A stretch of 54,977 nucleotides of DNA, counting the filler, from Bipalium vagum (taxonomy: Eukaryota): the NCBI GenBank assembly GCA_037834085.1. It is 3 parts of 3 records of this genome, joined end to end, with 100 filler letters (N's around TTAATTAATTAA, not from the genome) between each part and the next. Parts side by side here need not be neighbours in the genome. Positions count along the whole stretch, not along the records: positions 36,197 to 54,977 come from JBBMKC010019907.1; 2 more parts are not named here. One strand, 5' to 3'. Of the stretch, positions 53,001-54,977 are shown one piece after another. Numbering within the stretch: position 1 is the first letter of the stretch; each line of letters opens with the position of its first letter. The notes under the pieces were generated by a model, which worked only from the letters and a program-made list of their open reading frames with translations, searched no databases and was not told the DNA's origin. The position numbers and the translations under genes are program-made.

Positions 53001-54672
53001 AAATAATAGAAGTTAGTAAATTAAAACCTATTTAAATGTGAGGTATATTCTCTTTACTCTAATGGTATATAAATTAATGCGTTTAAACAAAGATATTTTC
53101 AATTTCAAATATATTTTAAAAAACCAAATTATTTTCCTACGAAATTAATACTATAGTTTATACATATTTTTTTATTTTAGCATTACTTTATATTTTATAT
53201 TGAAATAACTTTTACACGGAATAATCTTTTTTGAAACCCGATTGACTAATTGAATACTGCTTTGCTTTATTTTTAAAATATAAATAAAGACTCCTTGTCT
53301 TATTGGAACATGTAATCTTAAAATACTTATACTTTAAAATGTTTATACTTTAAAATTACCTATTACTGAGGACTCGAGATCAATGAATAAACTTCTGGGA
53401 ACAAATTTTCCATTATTACATCTTATAAAGAAGGTTTCAATATTTTCTCCCATTATTCTAGGATTTCCGTTATATTTTCCAGTTTCATTAATGTTGTGCT
53501 CCAAGCAAAGTAGTTCCCACAATGAGCTCCCGATCTGAATTCCAGCCTGTCCAATGTGGAAGCTTATAATATCTCTCTTAATGAAATATTATTTAATACA
53601 TAAATTTAAATTAAATAAATTCGTCTTAATTGTGATTGATAGTCCTTATCTTACAATTAATATTTATTAATAAAACGAACGTATAATATTATGTGAAATA
53701 TATGTTATCTTTACTTTTAAAATCGGAAAACAATCCAAGTTTAACATAAAGTTTGATGTGCTCAACAGGTATCATCAATATATGGACAACAAAAAATGAC
53801 ATACTTTCAAAGCAGTCTGCAATTGTAAATAGCTCAAAAGAAAAATCAAAACTGAACGTTATTCCGGATGAGATGAATTTTTCTTTAAAAAGGTCATTTT
53901 TGGTGAATATATAATTATACTTTTTATTCTACAACAGTAAAATAAACCCTAATTGAGGATGAGAGAAGAAATAAATAAATAAATTCAAATATCCATTTGT
54001 ATAATTAAAGTTATATAAAATGAGTATATTATAAAAGATTTATCATTAAGGATTTAAGTAACACTTATTTCATTAAGAATACTAACAATTTTCCTTTTGA
54101 ATAAAATTTTTTTTATTATAAATTACCAGTTTAATAATATAATAATAATAAAACATCTCATCAGCTAAAAGAATAAAGAAATGTTTTGTATTTTATATAC
54201 CGAAGGTTAAAAAGAAATAAATTCTAAAAAATTACTTTTTATATTAATGGCATAAAATTTGCAAATAAATTTCTTTCGTCTCAAGCCAAATTTCTTTTCA
54301 AATTTATGCAAAAAAGCAAGTAGGCATAAATAAAAAAAATATTATATGATTGACATAATTTACGAGGTCACTTTAAAATAATTTATATATATTTATAAAA
54401 TAATTTATCTACGTTTTTTTTCATGTCTAAATTAAAATTTTTATCTAATTTTTGACTGGAAAATTTTATTACTTATATATTTAATAAGTAATATAAAATC
54501 GCCAAGATTTAATTAGTATTTCAGTAAATATTAAATTTAATAGATTAAATAAATGAATTAATTCCTCAAAGGCAAAGTTTCCTTATTAGAAATTTCCCAG
54601 TATGCAGTCAATAAAAATATTTTATTTATTTCTGATAATTCATTATATATCTCTAATGAAATGGCTTACCAT
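48812..54672 (-). CDS. Divergent alpha-tubulin, complete: complement join(54670-54672,53360-53576,48812-50046), 484 aa
   Basis: M|[88 protein letters not shown]. Introns fall after the ATG and in the D76-equivalent codon (phase 1), both typical alpha-tubulin positions. Confidence 0.95.
51180..51385 (+). mobile_element. Mariner fragment in a tubulin intron
   Basis: AMDISTERVLHILKGDLGFRKLYVRLIPH. Confidence 0.65.
52440..53150 (-). mobile_element. 5' half of a mariner in a tubulin intron
   Basis: LYKFKLGNN, KWVSHELN, DEK*IAYDNRR. Confidence 0.75.
53360..53576 (-). CDS. Alpha-tubulin exon 2
   Basis: [27 protein letters not shown]...[14 protein letters not shown](D)|gtaatt. Confidence 0.94.
54670..54672 (-). 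CDS. Alpha-tubulin exon 1 (ATG only)
   Basis: ACAATG|GTAAGC, a strong donor; an ATG-only first coding exon is typical of alpha-tubulins. Confidence 0.75.
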
Positions 54673-54977
54673 TGTAGAAAAATAAATTCCTTAATTATAT
54701 TGTTGTCTTTGTATTGATATTTTATTGTACTTAATTAAATTAATACGAATCATTACATAAATTAATAAATTACAAGTATCAAATAATACTAATATCAATC
54801 GAACTATTAATAATTACATGAATTTTATTTAATACGCCATAAAACAAAATGGTGTTTTTCGCCTCGCTTAAATATACGAAGACTAAACTATAAATAATAA
54901 TTATACAGTACCTGGCCATTGAAATAGACTCAAGTATGTTTTTACAAACAATGTTATTTCACTGAACTAATTTGATT

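Noticed and set aside
54905-54925. ATGGCCAG|GTAC as an alternative first tubulin exon
   Set aside because: Phase 2 would need a weak GAG acceptor; the ATG|GTAAGC exon at 54670-54672 fits the conserved structure better.
1-54977. CRISPR arrays, rRNA or prokaryotic operons
   Set aside because: No regularly spaced repeats or rRNA motifs; gene structure is spliceosomal and eukaryotic. Most short ORFs in the track are AT-rich noise or TE fragments.

Overview
Very AT-rich eukaryotic (animal) genomic DNA with bimodal introns (41-50 nt, or multi-kb and filled with transposons). It resembles a triclad flatworm such as a planarian, but the sequence alone cannot prove that. Two artificial N44-TTAATTAATTAA-N44 linkers (16407-16506, 36097-36196) suggest three joined contigs. 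Three spliced host genes are supported: (1) the 3' half of a PDE2A-like GAF-domain cyclic-nucleotide phosphodiesterase (+, 9 exons, 3404-14982); (2) an internal part of an ABCA-subfamily transporter, from the last TM region into NBD2 (-, 6 exons, 28387-35459); (3) a complete, highly divergent alpha-tubulin (-, 3 exons, 48812-54672, 484 aa). The rest is mostly decayed mariner, Tc1/Tc3/IS630-like, maT, pogo/Tigger, hAT and piggyBac-like elements, a tRNA-derived sequence, and a NeSL-like non-LTR retrotransposon carrying a Ulp1 (C48) protease domain. The most striking observation is the alpha-tubulin: the ORF is intact but lacks the catalytic E254 and the T7-loop motif, K40, M-loop H283 and the acidic EEY tail, which is replaced by a 51-aa basic, Cys-rich extension.
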